Virus record (IMG/VR): IMGVR_UViG_3300021438_000003
Location: 1 to 57,641 of that record
DNA length: 57,641 bases
Origin: a virus
Taxonomy: Duplodnaviria > Caudoviricetes
Strand: one strand, 5' to 3'
Positions 46,135 through 55,349 of this stretch are shown piece after piece. Under the pieces are notes generated by a model. It ran no database searches. It was given only the letters and a program-made list of their open reading frames with translations, and had not been told where the DNA came from. The number at the start of each line of letters is the position of its first letter. Position 1 is the first letter of the stretch. The position numbers were made by a program, and so were the translations under genes.

Positions 46135-46722
46135 TTCTTCCTCCTCAAGTTTATCAAATTCACTAGTAGCATCAATAGTAGTCATACCAAACATCTCGCC
46201 CTGTTTATGGAACAATACGTGATGGAGTCTGTTACAAATACCTTTCCATACAGTATTGAACTTATAAGGTGCAATCTCAATAAGAGCGTGAACATAACAA
46301 CCCGGATAAAATGGGTTAGCATCTACTAACGGATTAAGTATTTCACCTTTAACCAGACTTAATTTAGGTGGCAATTTATTGGCAGCGGTGATTATGTAAT
46401 GGCCTCTTTTATATTCTGACCTTTCCTTTCTTTTTTTACCCTCTTCGGTCGAATCATCAATAAGCCCGTATTCCTCATCCCCGTCTTTAACTATATCAAT
46501 ATTATTACCTTTAATCTTGATATCCTTGATCATCTTGTTAACTTTTTCCTTAATATCATTAACTATTTCGTTATGTTTAACGTCATTTTTAGATAATAGG
46601 AAAGTAGCTACGTATTTTCTTTTCTCTTCTGTAGTTATATAAAGATTATCAAGTGGTTGTTTTTCAAATAAATGTGGAAAACTTAATCTAACGTTTGAAA
46701 GCAATATTTTTTCTGAATTCAT
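46126..46722 (-). CDS. ssDNA-binding protein (DUF2815-like)
   Basis: NVRLSFP.LF, FY.GCYV and acidic aromatic C-terminus. Confidence 0.85.
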   Translation of the reverse strand: MNSEKILLSNVRLSFPHLFEKQPLDNLYITTEEKRKYVATFLLSKNDVKHNEIVNDIKEKVNKMIKDIKIKGNNIDIVKDGDEEYGLIDDSTEEGKKRKERSEYKRGHYIITAANKLPPKLSLVKGEILNPLVDANPFYPGCYVHALIEIAPYKFNTVWKGICNRLHHVLFHKQGEMFGMTTIDATSEFDKLEEEEIF

Positions 46723-46743
46723 AATGATTTTACCTTTTTTAAT

Positions 46744-47916
46744 TTATAAATATTTTTCTATTGAATAATCAACTTTAACTATCTGGTTTTCTCCTAGTTC
46801 TTTTTTGGTAAGACGATTAACTTCATCCCTGCCAATCAGTTTTTCAGCTTTACCGATACCTATAAGTTTTTTCTCATAAGCGTCTTCACCAAGTTTATCT
46901 CTTAAAACAGATTCTGCCTCATCTATCCATTTACGATTAGACATTTTAGGCATTAATTTATAGTTAAGAAATTCACCTGTTTCCAACTTTTCCTTTATAT
47001 ACTCTTCAACCGATGTAAGATAGGTTTTTATAAGGTCTTTATTCTCATAAATCCTCCCTAGTTCTTCATCGCCAAGTAGTCTTACCTTAGCAGCTACTAG
47101 CTCCTTACTGTCTTTATTATTAACAGTCGGCACTAAGCTATTTAAGGCGTAACATGTAGGTTTAGCCTTACAGAATTGACATGCTTTAGTTGATGGAATA
47201 CGAACGGCATTCTCTTCCTGAGCGTTAGCAATAGCCGTTTTAATAAGCTGCATTCTAGAGCCGGTTATTAAAGAGGTAAGCTGCTCGTCAGTTAAATCCC
47301 ATCTGCTATTCTCAAGGTAAGGTTGGACAATATGCAGATGTGCAGTTGTAAATCTGAATGGCTGCTGATTACTTCCAAGATTACAATAATATTTAACCAC
47401 GTTACTAATCTCAGGGTGCATATAAACACCAAGGGCGTATAACATCAATTGGTAATTCTCATGAGCCTTTACAGCGACCCCTTGACCAAACTTGTAATCG
47501 ATAACATGAATCTGACATTTATTAGCTTCTTTATCGTATAAAATAAGAACACTATCAGCTGTTCCTTGCATCCCGGGCATTAGGAAATCAAGAGAGAAAG
47601 TCTGCTCATGGATTTCTTTTACAACCTGAAGATTTGAAAAGGTAAGATCACGATAATATTTACCCGCATCAATTACAGCAGTTTGCTGCTGTTCAGTTAA
47701 ATTATGATAAAAAGGAAAAATAATATCATCATCTTCATCTGTATAAAACCATTTAGCACCTGTTATATATTCATTAACTTTCTCATGGAGCATAGTGCCC
47801 GTTTCTGCATAAACAGACGTTGTGTAAGGTAAACCTTTTTCAGCATTAAGGCTACCTGGGCAGAGCATTCTTCGCTCAAAATTGGAAGGGCTAATAGGTG
47901 AATGTGTTTTACTCAT
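46744..47916 (-). CDS. Cas4-like exonuclease (DUF2800)
   Basis: HS..SPS...CPGS, GT..H, GTAD, DYKFG, QL..YA, CQFC.....C. Confidence 0.88.
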   Translation of the reverse strand: MSKTHSPISPSNFERRMLCPGSLNAEKGLPYTTSVYAETGTMLHEKVNEYITGAKWFYTDEDDDIIFPFYHNLTEQQQTAVIDAGKYYRDLTFSNLQVVKEIHEQTFSLDFLMPGMQGTADSVLILYDKEANKCQIHVIDYKFGQGVAVKAHENYQLMLYALGVYMHPEISNVVKYYCNLGSNQQPFRFTTAHLHIVQPYLENSRWDLTDEQLTSLITGSRMQLIKTAIANAQEENAVRIPSTKACQFCKAKPTCYALNSLVPTVNNKDSKELVAAKVRLLGDEELGRIYENKDLIKTYLTSVEEYIKEKLETGEFLNYKLMPKMSNRKWIDEAESVLRDKLGEDAYEKKLIGIGKAEKLIGRDEVNRLTKKELGENQIVKVDYSIEKYL

Positions 47917-48230
47917 TATTTCTGTTCCTCTTCTAATCTTTCTCTTTGTTTTAAAGCTGCTTTAGTTAGTATGACCAATTCATCTGATTTTAGTTTATCA
48001 CTATTATAATTAGAGCGACCATAATCGATCATATAATCAACAAGTGTTTTAGCTGAATGTAACGCTAATTGTTGAAACAACATTGATTCTTTTTCATCCA
48101 AGTCGCTTTCAGGCTTTGTAAAAGAAAGGATAATATTAAGTGCTACTTCCTTTTCCAGTAAATTGATCTCATTATTCAAGTATCTAGTAGCTATTTCAGT
48201 TTCTATTTTTGATTTATTTGGTAAAAACAT
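47916..48230 (-). CDS. Hypothetical protein
   Basis: 104 aa ORF in the replication operon. Confidence 0.7.
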   Translation of the reverse strand: MFLPNKSKIETEIATRYLNNEINLLEKEVALNIILSFTKPESDLDEKESMLFQQLALHSAKTLVDYMIDYGRSNYNSDKLKSDELVILTKAALKQRERLEEEQK

Positions 48231-48231
48231 T

Positions 48232-50391
48232 TTAATTCTTCTTTAATTTCAATTTCCATTTATTAGTCTTGCTGTTTCTATGACATTTATATTTATTTAG
48301 AACCCTACCGATAGCAACTCGTCTACTATAGTTTATATCTGTTTTTCTATAGCCAAGTTGCTCTAGTATTTGAACTGCACTATAATAATCTGCGTCTTCA
48401 AGGTCAGCTTCAACATCAAAACTATCAATAAAAGCCTCCTCAATAACATCAGGCATTTCAAACTCTTTATTCAGTGTTTCCTGTAAAGAAGTTTCTTCAT
48501 CAGTTAACTGGAAATTACTGATATCGGTTGTCTCCAGTAATTCCTTATAAACCTGTAAAATGTCTATATTATCCAATCTATTGATTTTTTTTACAGGTAT
48601 AACCATGAATCTCGTTGAACCTGTTATATCCTTTAAAAAGGAATCATCGTTAATACTGGCAATAAAACTGGTTGTTCTTTTAAAAGTAACAGGTCTTGCT
48701 AGATATTTTATATTCAATGTATCATCAGGTCTTCCAAAGAAAGCTTTAAACCCGTTAATATCTGTCTTCTTGAAAGACTGTTCCAGTTCTGCTAATTCAG
48801 TTATTAAAAACTTTATATTACCCAGTATATTCATATCGTTATTGGTATCAAGGAAACGACCTGTACCTATATGGCTATTTCTTAAATAAGAGGGTAAAAG
48901 GTTCAATACCCATGTTGTTTTACCCATGTTCTGAGGTCCTTTTAAAACAAGCAGGTATCTTCCTATATCTTTAATTTCATCATCATTTAAGGCCAGATAT
49001 AACATCTGCTGTGTCCATTTTAAAAGATAGATGTTTCTCAGTTTTTTATAATTTTCGTTAACCTCAAGTGTATTATAAAAATCATCAAGTCTAGATTTCC
49101 CATCCCAGATAACGTTATTAATAACTTCTCTAAAACTGTTAATCTTATTTTTTTCAGACAGCATATGTAAATATAAAGGAACATTACCTTTATTCATGTT
49201 ATTTAGCTCCATAAGTGATACCATTAATCCTGTTAATATGTTATCGTCTGAGTTATTAATCGATGATATGATTCTTTTGGTTATCACATCATACGCTACT
49301 GCTACTTTATACCTCCTACACATCACCTCAAAATTTTCAAAAGTACTTTTTATTCCTATTGGTGTAAGCTCGCCGTTTTTAGTTCTTTTATATTTTATAT
49401 GTATAAAACTTTCTTCATTTTCTTCCCCAAAAATAGATAGTTCATTATAAGTAATATCTACCTTTAAAGCTGATGGTGTTTTTTTTTTATTGTTAACCAA
49501 TTTAATAATTGATCCAAAAGTAACAGGATTATCAATTTTTTTTGTTAGACTTTTATATTTAAGTCTGCATTCCTGTTTAATTCTTTCTTCAGAGTAACGA
49601 CTATCAGTTAAACTCCAGTCGGTAAATATCTGTAGCCCCTCTTCTGTTCCTTTAAACTGATGGTGAAGAGCCTGACACACCTTAAACCATTCATGGTAAC
49701 TGGTCTCACTGCAATCGTAGTTACCAAGTGTTTCTATAATCCTTTCCCTTGTTACATTAGGTAAAGGTGTATTATTACTTATAGCTATAAAGGTTTTCAG
49801 CTCATCATCTTCTTCTTTTTTAATTCCCTCTTTGAGAGCAATATAATCATCAACCTTTACAAGCTCTTTTATGTTTTTACCGGTTCTGAACTCATCACTT
49901 ACCTTATTCGGTAAATACATGAGTTGAGAGGGGGTAAAACTGGACTCATCTGTTACAGCTTTTAAAAGTTTATGTGAGAATAACTTAAGTGCTAATTCAC
50001 TACCAAGTTTAGCATAATTTTCCTTATCTACATTCTTATCAATAAAAAGTAATATCCGAGCTCTTGGCTTAATTAAAGTACTGCTACTAGTGGTGTAATA
50101 AATGTAAGTATAATTACCAAGACTGTTTTCAATCTCATTCTTTAAACTATCAAAATCCTCTTCATAGCCGTCAAGATCAAATGTTAAAATACTACGTGAT
50201 GTTAAATTCTCGCCCGATCTCCTATTATCCTTAAAAGAGCCACAGACCATAGCTCCTAAATTCTTTTTACCAGTGAAAGGTTTTACGGCTACTTTTTTAA
50301 AGTAACTTAAAATCTCTTCAAAACTTAACTCCTCTCGGCTAGCTATAACATCAGTGCAGTTGTTGAAAAAACTGATACAGTACTTTTTCAT
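48232..50391 (-). CDS. Primase-helicase (AEP-like + PriCT-2 + VapE ATPase)
   Basis: FDLD and Y.T.S...PRAR; Y.EWF.V..AL...DWS; WDG..RL; Walker A GPQNMGKT; FL.D.TG.TRF. Confidence 0.9.
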   Translation of the reverse strand: MKKYCISFFNNCTDVIASREELSFEEILSYFKKVAVKPFTGKKNLGAMVCGSFKDNRRSGENLTSRSILTFDLDGYEEDFDSLKNEIENSLGNYTYIYYTTSSSTLIKPRARILLFIDKNVDKENYAKLGSELALKLFSHKLLKAVTDESSFTPSQLMYLPNKVSDEFRTGKNIKELVKVDDYIALKEGIKKEEDDELKTFIAISNNTPLPNVTRERIIETLGNYDCSETSYHEWFKVCQALHHQFKGTEEGLQIFTDWSLTDSRYSEERIKQECRLKYKSLTKKIDNPVTFGSIIKLVNNKKKTPSALKVDITYNELSIFGEENEESFIHIKYKRTKNGELTPIGIKSTFENFEVMCRRYKVAVAYDVITKRIISSINNSDDNILTGLMVSLMELNNMNKGNVPLYLHMLSEKNKINSFREVINNVIWDGKSRLDDFYNTLEVNENYKKLRNIYLLKWTQQMLYLALNDDEIKDIGRYLLVLKGPQNMGKTTWVLNLLPSYLRNSHIGTGRFLDTNNDMNILGNIKFLITELAELEQSFKKTDINGFKAFFGRPDDTLNIKYLARPVTFKRTTSFIASINDDSFLKDITGSTRFMVIPVKKINRLDNIDILQVYKELLETTDISNFQLTDEETSLQETLNKEFEMPDVIEEAFIDSFDVEADLEDADYYSAVQILEQLGYRKTDINYSRRVAIGRVLNKYKCHRNSKTNKWKLKLKKN

Positions 50392-50427
50392 TGTTAAGTT
50401 TTAAATAAATTAAAGTAGAGACGTTAT

Positions 50428-50559
50428 TTAGTGATGCAGTTTTAAACGAATAAGATTATCCATGCTACTTTCTTTTTTATTCTTAACCATGAAATAACTA
50501 CTCGTTAATAATACAACTATTATTAAAGCTGCAAATAACCTTAATTTAACTGTTTCCAT
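50428..50559 (-). CDS. 43-aa TM peptide (not in ORF track)
   Basis: METVKLRLFAALIIVVLLTSSYFMVK...*. Confidence 0.5.
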   Translation of the reverse strand: METVKLRLFAALIIVVLLTSSYFMVKNKKESSMDNLIRLKLHH

Positions 50560-50737
50560 CTTCTCTTTTCTGTCCATATTCAATTCTCATTTTCAAATCT
50601 GCATCAAGTAATTTTTTGTTGAAATCAACATGCATCGCTTCAATTATTTTCTCATACCTTTTTCTTTGCTTATATAATGAAAAATAAAACAAACCTATCC
50701 ATATTAAAAAATTTATAATTGGCCCTATTATGTCCAT
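50546..50737 (-). CDS. Single-TM small protein
   Basis: IINFLIWIGLFYFSLY segment. Confidence 0.65.
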   Translation of the reverse strand: MDIIGPIINFLIWIGLFYFSLYKQRKRYEKIIEAMHVDFNKKLLDADLKMRIEYGQKREDGNS

Positions 50738-50740
50738 AGA

Positions 50741-50962
50741 TCACCTTATTACTATCCAATCGTTGAACATACAATCTTCCATTTCACATACTAATGAATA
50801 AGGCTCTAGTTTATCGGTAAAAGCAGTACCCGGTTTATTATAGGATTGATAATATTTATACAATTTATCCTGTATTTTCATGATCATATAATCGCTATTT
50901 TCTCTAGTAATGATATTGAAACGATTATTGTAAATAAATCTTATTGCGTCATTGATTTTCAT
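50741..50962 (-). CDS. Tad2/DUF2829-like paralogue
   Basis: MKINDAIRFI...ITR...EDCMFNDWIVI; GGGAGGACTAA RBS. Confidence 0.6.
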   Translation of the reverse strand: MKINDAIRFIYNNRFNIITRENSDYMIMKIQDKLYKYYQSYNKPGTAFTDKLEPYSLVCEMEDCMFNDWIVIR

Positions 50963-50984
50963 TTAATTAGTCCTCCCTTAAATG

Positions 50985-51152
50985 TTAATACTTGAAACTA
51001 TCTTCTGTTAAAGTGCTATTATCCTTACCCTGTTTGTAGTAACTTTTAACAATAAAAGTTACTTGTGATTTTCTAGTGCGTTGACTATCCCTTGCTTCTT
51101 TATCGATTAATTCTGTTAAATCATCGTCAACTTCAATAAGTATTCTTCTCAT
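50985..51152 (-). CDS. 55-aa ribbon-helix-helix protein (not in ORF track)
   Basis: MRRILIEVDDDLTELIDKEARDSQRTRKSQVTFIVKSYY. Confidence 0.75.
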   Translation of the reverse strand: MRRILIEVDDDLTELIDKEARDSQRTRKSQVTFIVKSYYKQGKDNSTLTEDSFKY

Positions 51153-51276
51153 ATCTTCCGCTAAATGAATAAATAATTTGAACTTTATATACTAATTATA
51201 ATTATAAGTAAAGAATAATGTTAAAAATATATTTAGTTATTAACTGTTAATTAATTTAGTTTAAAAATTATGTTTT

Positions 51277-51285
51277 TGTGGATAA
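51277..51285 (-). promoter_or_regulatory. Perfect DnaA box (TTATCCACA)
   Basis: TGTGGATAA on the plus strand in an intergenic gap; degenerate TGTGAATTG follows. Confidence 0.4.
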
Positions 51286-51304
51286 CTTTGTGAATTGTGG
51301 GTAT

Positions 51305-51338
51305 AAAAAAAACCCCTTAAGAATTAACTTAAGGGGTT
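51305..51338 (-). terminator. Intrinsic terminator of the leftward early operon
   Basis: AACCCCTTAAG-6-CTTAAGGGGTT followed by a T-run on the minus strand. Confidence 0.85.
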
Positions 51339-51370
51339 TCTACCAATTTAAGAGTTTATAATTTATATTT

Positions 51371-51916
51371 TCATGTATCGTTAATTACAATACTAAATTT
51401 ATCGACTTGGTCATCTTCATTTCTTCTCATTGTAAATCTACCTTTAATAACAAGATTATTCTTATCGGCACGTTCATCATAATAAGTCCAATAGGTGAAA
51501 TCCTCTCTGATATATAGATTGTTTTTATGTTTTGTTGGGTCAACTATATCAAAATAATTGGAATCCAGATATAATTTAGTAGCTATAATTGCATCTCTTT
51601 CCATTTCTTCATAAATTTTCAGGAAAGCATCGTCTATATTATAATTAATAGTACCATTAATTATTGATAAATCATCACCGAGTATTAAGTCATTATAATC
51701 CAGTTCAAACATACTCATGTCATTGTCGGTATTACCCTTAAAATCCTTTATTGTTGCTTTATAAACCTTGGCATATGCTGTTTTATTACCATTTTCAGCG
51801 TTTGCGTAATCAATAAAAGGTGCATCTGTATAATCAATTTCCATATTGGATAAATAAGGAAACATATATTTGAATCTTGTTTGTAACAGATGCTCGAAAT
51901 TTATTTTGTACTCCAT
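51371..51916 (-). CDS. Hypothetical protein
   Basis: 181 aa; GGAGGTAA RBS. Confidence 0.75.
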   Translation of the reverse strand: MEYKINFEHLLQTRFKYMFPYLSNMEIDYTDAPFIDYANAENGNKTAYAKVYKATIKDFKGNTDNDMSMFELDYNDLILGDDLSIINGTINYNIDDAFLKIYEEMERDAIIATKLYLDSNYFDIVDPTKHKNNLYIREDFTYWTYYDERADKNNLVIKGRFTMRRNEDDQVDKFSIVINDT

Positions 51917-51918
51917 TA

Positions 51919-52752
51919 TTACTTACCTCCAAATATTTTTTCAAATAAACTTTTATTTTTTTCTTCCAATGCAAGTTCAAGTCTATAAAAACGTGCTTCA
52001 AGCATAGCTATTCTTTTATTTGTATCTGGTGATCCGAATTCATCTTTTTCTTTTACTAATGCAGTATTAAGAAGTTCAATTGCAAAACTCATTGATTCAG
52101 CTAAAGCTTTCTGATTATTTATTACTTCATAGATTTTTTCATGTATTTCATCTAAATCATTAAAAGGAATATAAGGTATTTGTGCACCTTCTATCTTCTG
52201 TTTAGCTATATTATTTTCAACATATGGCTTACTCAAATAACCTAAGTTAGTATCTTCGTAAGTATTGAATACCTGTTTTTTATCAGCGTCCAACTTCTCC
52301 TGAGGTTTAACAGTAAATCTGATTTTCTTACTGTTGCTAATATCAATTCTCAATGCGTTTGAGGGTTCATCGATACCTCCGTAAAGTATGCTGTATTCAA
52401 CTACTTTATTCGTAAAATCACGTTTATTTAATTTTAAACCCTTTATTTTCCCTAAGCTGATTCTAACACAGGTAGTTTTAAACATCCCGCTACCATTATA
52501 TCTATGTATTAATCCCTTATCATCATTAGTTGGACTAATTACTACCATATCACCGGGTATATATGTTGTATTTAGTCTTTTATATTCCCTGCCATCTGTT
52601 AACTGATTATATACATCCTCACCGATATAAACAGAGAGCATCAGTTTCTTTTCCTTACCTAAAAGAGAGTATTTAATCCTGACCTGATCTTTTTCAGTAA
52701 AGTTTTTAATTTTAGTAAATGATTTTCTTCCTTGTGCTATTCCGCCGCCCAT
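51919..52752 (-). CDS. Hypothetical protein (basic N-terminal domain, coiled-coil C-terminus)
   Basis: 277 aa; AGGAGGACTA RBS; ends SLFEKIFGGK. Confidence 0.75.
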   Translation of the reverse strand: MGGGIAQGRKSFTKIKNFTEKDQVRIKYSLLGKEKKLMLSVYIGEDVYNQLTDGREYKRLNTTYIPGDMVVISPTNDDKGLIHRYNGSGMFKTTCVRISLGKIKGLKLNKRDFTNKVVEYSILYGGIDEPSNALRIDISNSKKIRFTVKPQEKLDADKKQVFNTYEDTNLGYLSKPYVENNIAKQKIEGAQIPYIPFNDLDEIHEKIYEVINNQKALAESMSFAIELLNTALVKEKDEFGSPDTNKRIAMLEARFYRLELALEEKNKSLFEKIFGGK

Positions 52753-52770
52753 AATAGTCCTCCTTGTTGT

Positions 52771-53004
52771 TTAATTTTTAAAATTTATTAAGCTTTCTTT
52801 TATTAGTTCCCTTTCCTCCAGTAATTTTATATCGTATAGTTTTAAGTATTCATCGATAATGTTACTTATTAAATAACTACGTGTTATGTTCTCTATTCTA
52901 GCTATTCTCTCTAAAAGATCAGTAGTTCTGGTATATAATTTAACAGTAACAAACTTCCTGTCCTTATCAACAGGTTGTTGTATTCGCCCTTTTGGTTTTG
53001 CCAT
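52771..53004 (-). CDS. Ribbon-helix-helix (CopG-like) protein
   Basis: FVTVKL....DLLERIA..ENITRS.LI..IIDEYL. Confidence 0.8.
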   Translation of the reverse strand: MAKPKGRIQQPVDKDRKFVTVKLYTRTTDLLERIARIENITRSYLISNIIDEYLKLYDIKLLEERELIKESLINFKN

Positions 53005-53026
53005 ATATACTCCGATTTTATAATGT

Positions 53027-53200
53027 TTATACGGGATTAATTCCTTTTAAATGGGTTTTACCCATACAAGGTTTACATAAGTTACTTTCATATAAACCGC
53101 TGCCTATTCTAATAATTATAGGTTCGTTTATATATGCGTCACACTTGGTACATAAACCGTCATGCTCTATATCGTCTACTTCAACTTTTCTTGCTTTCAT
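53027..53200 (-). CDS. 57-aa CxxC-CxxC zinc-finger protein (not in ORF track)
   Basis: MKARKV...LCTKCDA...LCKPCMG...*; ATGA overlap. Confidence 0.65.
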   Translation of the reverse strand: MKARKVEVDDIEHDGLCTKCDAYINEPIIIRIGSGLYESNLCKPCMGKTHLKGINPV

Positions 53201-53529
53201 TCTACTATCTCCCTTTCAATCATTCTTAATGTACATGTATCTCTTGTTATCTTTTTTAATTCTTCTACAGTTAGATAATCATTAAGCGGGTCTTTAATTA
53301 AATCCAATATAATCTTTTCTTCTGTCTCATCCATTTCAACACGTGATACTTCCCAATCGGAAGAAGTAAAATCTTCTATTTCAATATCTTTTATCTCTGA
53401 AACTATATTTTCAAAAGAATAATCATCAAATCTATCAATATCACTTAAATCAATTTTAGTATTATTTCGTCTTTCAAACTTCTTAATATCGTTCTCAATA
53501 AAAAGTTTTATACATTCAATTATATTCAT
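53197..53529 (-). CDS. Tad2/DUF2829-like domain plus C-terminal extension
   Basis: MNIIECIKLF...FERR...EDFTSSDWEV. Confidence 0.6.
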   Translation of the reverse strand: MNIIECIKLFIENDIKKFERRNNTKIDLSDIDRFDDYSFENIVSEIKDIEIEDFTSSDWEVSRVEMDETEEKIILDLIKDPLNDYLTVEELKKITRDTCTLRMIEREIVE

Positions 53530-54138
53530 TTACTCCTCAAATTTTTCCAGCTGTTCCCTTAGTTTTTTTAAATTATCCTTTATTTCATTATCCAGATAGT
53601 TCAAATAATATTTAAGATCAGAACCATCATCTTCATAACTACAATCGTAATAGTTATAAGCTAAATTATAATCTTTCAAATATTCTTTTAAAATTTTCTT
53701 TAAATTCTGTATTTCACCATAAGAGGTAAGATTGCCTCCTAAGGATTGTGTTATTTTATCTGTTTTACTTTCTTTATTACCAAAATATTTTACAGGTTCA
53801 TTACTTCTTTTTCTAAACTCTATATATTCTTCAATACTTTTGTTAATATCAGGAAATCGTCGGTATTGCCAATATTGATTAGTTCCGTATAATTCTCTTT
53901 CTGACCAAGTATTATTATCATACCAGATAATTCCTTTTAAAAACTGATTGTCGCTATATTCAAAATCTATATTATCTAGGAAATCTAGATAATCACGATA
54001 ACAATAATCTTTATTAAGAACATATACTTTCTGATAATCATGAATCAAAATAGCGCACATTACGTTAATGATAGAATCAGTATTTTCTTTACTTACCAGA
54101 TTTACATGTTCTAGGAATTTTTCTTTGGCATTTATCAT
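53530..54138 (-). CDS. Hypothetical protein (likely start MINAK at 54138)
   Basis: G.IWY.NNTWSER...G...W motif; flanked by ~60-bp direct repeats. Confidence 0.75.
   Translation of the reverse strand: MINAKEKFLEHVNLVSKENTDSIINVMCAILIHDYQKVYVLNKDYCYRDYLDFLDNIDFEYSDNQFLKGIIWYDNNTWSERELYGTNQYWQYRRFPDINKSIEEYIEFRKRSNEPVKYFGNKESKTDKITQSLGGNLTSYGEIQNLKKILKEYLKDYNLAYNYYDCSYEDDGSDLKYYLNYLDNEIKDNLKKLREQLEKFEE
53534..53593. repeat. ~60-bp direct repeat, copy 1
   Basis: Matches 54144-54202 with 2 substitutions and 1 indel. Confidence 0.9.
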
Positions 54139-54143
54139 TTTAA

Positions 54144-54202
54144 TCCTCAAATTTTTCCAGTTGTTCCCTTACTTTTTTAAATTATCCTTTATTTCATTAT
54201 CC
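54144..54202. repeat. ~60-bp direct repeat, copy 2
   Basis: Non-coding, frameshifted copy of 53534-53593. Confidence 0.9.
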
Positions 54203-54394
54203 CAATACCTCCCATTCATTAGATAGTATTTCCTCAAAAGTGAAAACATTATTAGCAAAATCAACATGTTCGTATAAATCATTGTTAATTCTACAGTACA
54301 TTTTACCTTCAAGTATAATAAATCTGCTTGCTTTATGTTCTACAATCAATCTTGTATCCTGTTTTAATCTGGTAAATGCTTCAACTATATTCAT
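54197..54394 (-). CDS. Tad2/DUF2829-like paralogue
   Basis: MNIVEAFTRLK...EEILSNEWEV. Confidence 0.65.
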   Translation of the reverse strand: MNIVEAFTRLKQDTRLIVEHKASRFIILEGKMYCRINNDLYEHVDFANNVFTFEEILSNEWEVLG

Positions 54395-54588
54395 TCTGTT
54401 ACCTCCCACTCGGATGACATTACCTCTTCACAACTAAATTTACTCTCAGCAACACTAACATATCTATAGGGCTTGGTATTAAATTTGCTATATAAATCAC
54501 CATCTATTACACAAAATTTTCTCTCACCCAGTTTAACTTTCAATTCCGGATTCTGTATTATCTTGTTAAATGCTTCAACTATGTTCAT
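54391..54588 (-). CDS. Tad2/DUF2829-like paralogue
   Basis: MNIVEAFNKI...EEVMSSEWEV. Confidence 0.65.
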   Translation of the reverse strand: MNIVEAFNKIIQNPELKVKLGERKFCVIDGDLYSKFNTKPYRYVSVAESKFSCEEVMSSEWEVTE

Positions 54589-54603
54589 TTTATTATCTCT
54601 TCT

Positions 54604-54723
54604 TTAAATATATAAATTCTCATACCCACAGTCGCAATGATATACATCTTTGTCATCATCGATTGGTATAAGCTCATCTACGTAGTATTCCTTACCACAT
54701 TCATGGCAATTTAAAGTTTCCAT
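54604..54723 (-). CDS. 39-aa zinc-ribbon peptide (not in ORF track)
   Basis: METLNCHECGKEY...YHCDCGYENLYI*; GAGGATTAA RBS. Confidence 0.6.
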   Translation of the reverse strand: METLNCHECGKEYYVDELIPIDDDKDVYHCDCGYENLYI

Positions 54724-54956
54724 CATTTTAATCCTCTATCGTTATACCATTCCATATAATTAATAATGTCCTCCTTAGTTACTTTTTTCCAATCGAAAAA
54801 CAAGTCTTCACTGATGATTAAAGGTAAACTTGTATGTACTTCGTATAATTCACTTTGACCATATCTGTATTGATATCCATAAAAGGAATGTAATAGACTG
54901 GGATGTTTGACAAGTTTACCCTTTCTAGCTATCTCAAAAGCTTTAATTATATCCAT
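54723..54956 (-). CDS. Tad2/DUF2829-like paralogue
   Basis: MDIIKAFEIARKGKLVKH...EDLFFDWKKV. Confidence 0.6.
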   Translation of the reverse strand: MDIIKAFEIARKGKLVKHPSLLHSFYGYQYRYGQSELYEVHTSLPLIISEDLFFDWKKVTKEDIINYMEWYNDRGLK

Positions 54957-55125
54957 TTTTAACTTTTTGTTTAAATATTCTATAATATATTGGTAATAAT
55001 CTAATTTTGTTATGTAATATAAAATCTAATTCCAGACAAACCATTTTAAAGCCCTCTTGATTTTCAGGATCGAATCTCATATGATCTATTCCAGTACCAA
55101 CATCTATTATAATTTCTTTCTTCAT
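54943..55125 (-). CDS. Hypothetical protein, NK[IV]R[IL] family
   Basis: FILHNKIRLLP; likely start MKKEI at 55125. Confidence 0.6.
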   Translation of the reverse strand: MKKEIIIDVGTGIDHMRFDPENQEGFKMVCLELDFILHNKIRLLPIYYRIFKQKVKNGYN

Positions 55126-55349
55126 TTTTCTACTTCCCAATCATCTTCTCCTACTATATCCAATAACTGTCTAACATAGAAATTCCCTAAATCACATATT
55201 TTATCAGTATCAATAAATTTTCCTTTTTTATCATAGTTAATAATTACAGTTTCAAACATATGATTAAAATCAATTATTATAGTTTTATCTGCATTTATTA
55301 TTTTATAAGTCGATTTTTTTGCTTCTTTGTATGCTTCAATTATGTTCAT
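55122..55349 (-). CDS. Tad2/DUF2829-like paralogue
   Basis: MNIIEAYKEAKK...DIVGEDDWEV. Confidence 0.6.
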   Translation of the reverse strand: MNIIEAYKEAKKSTYKIINADKTIIIDFNHMFETVIINYDKKGKFIDTDKICDLGNFYVRQLLDIVGEDDWEVEK

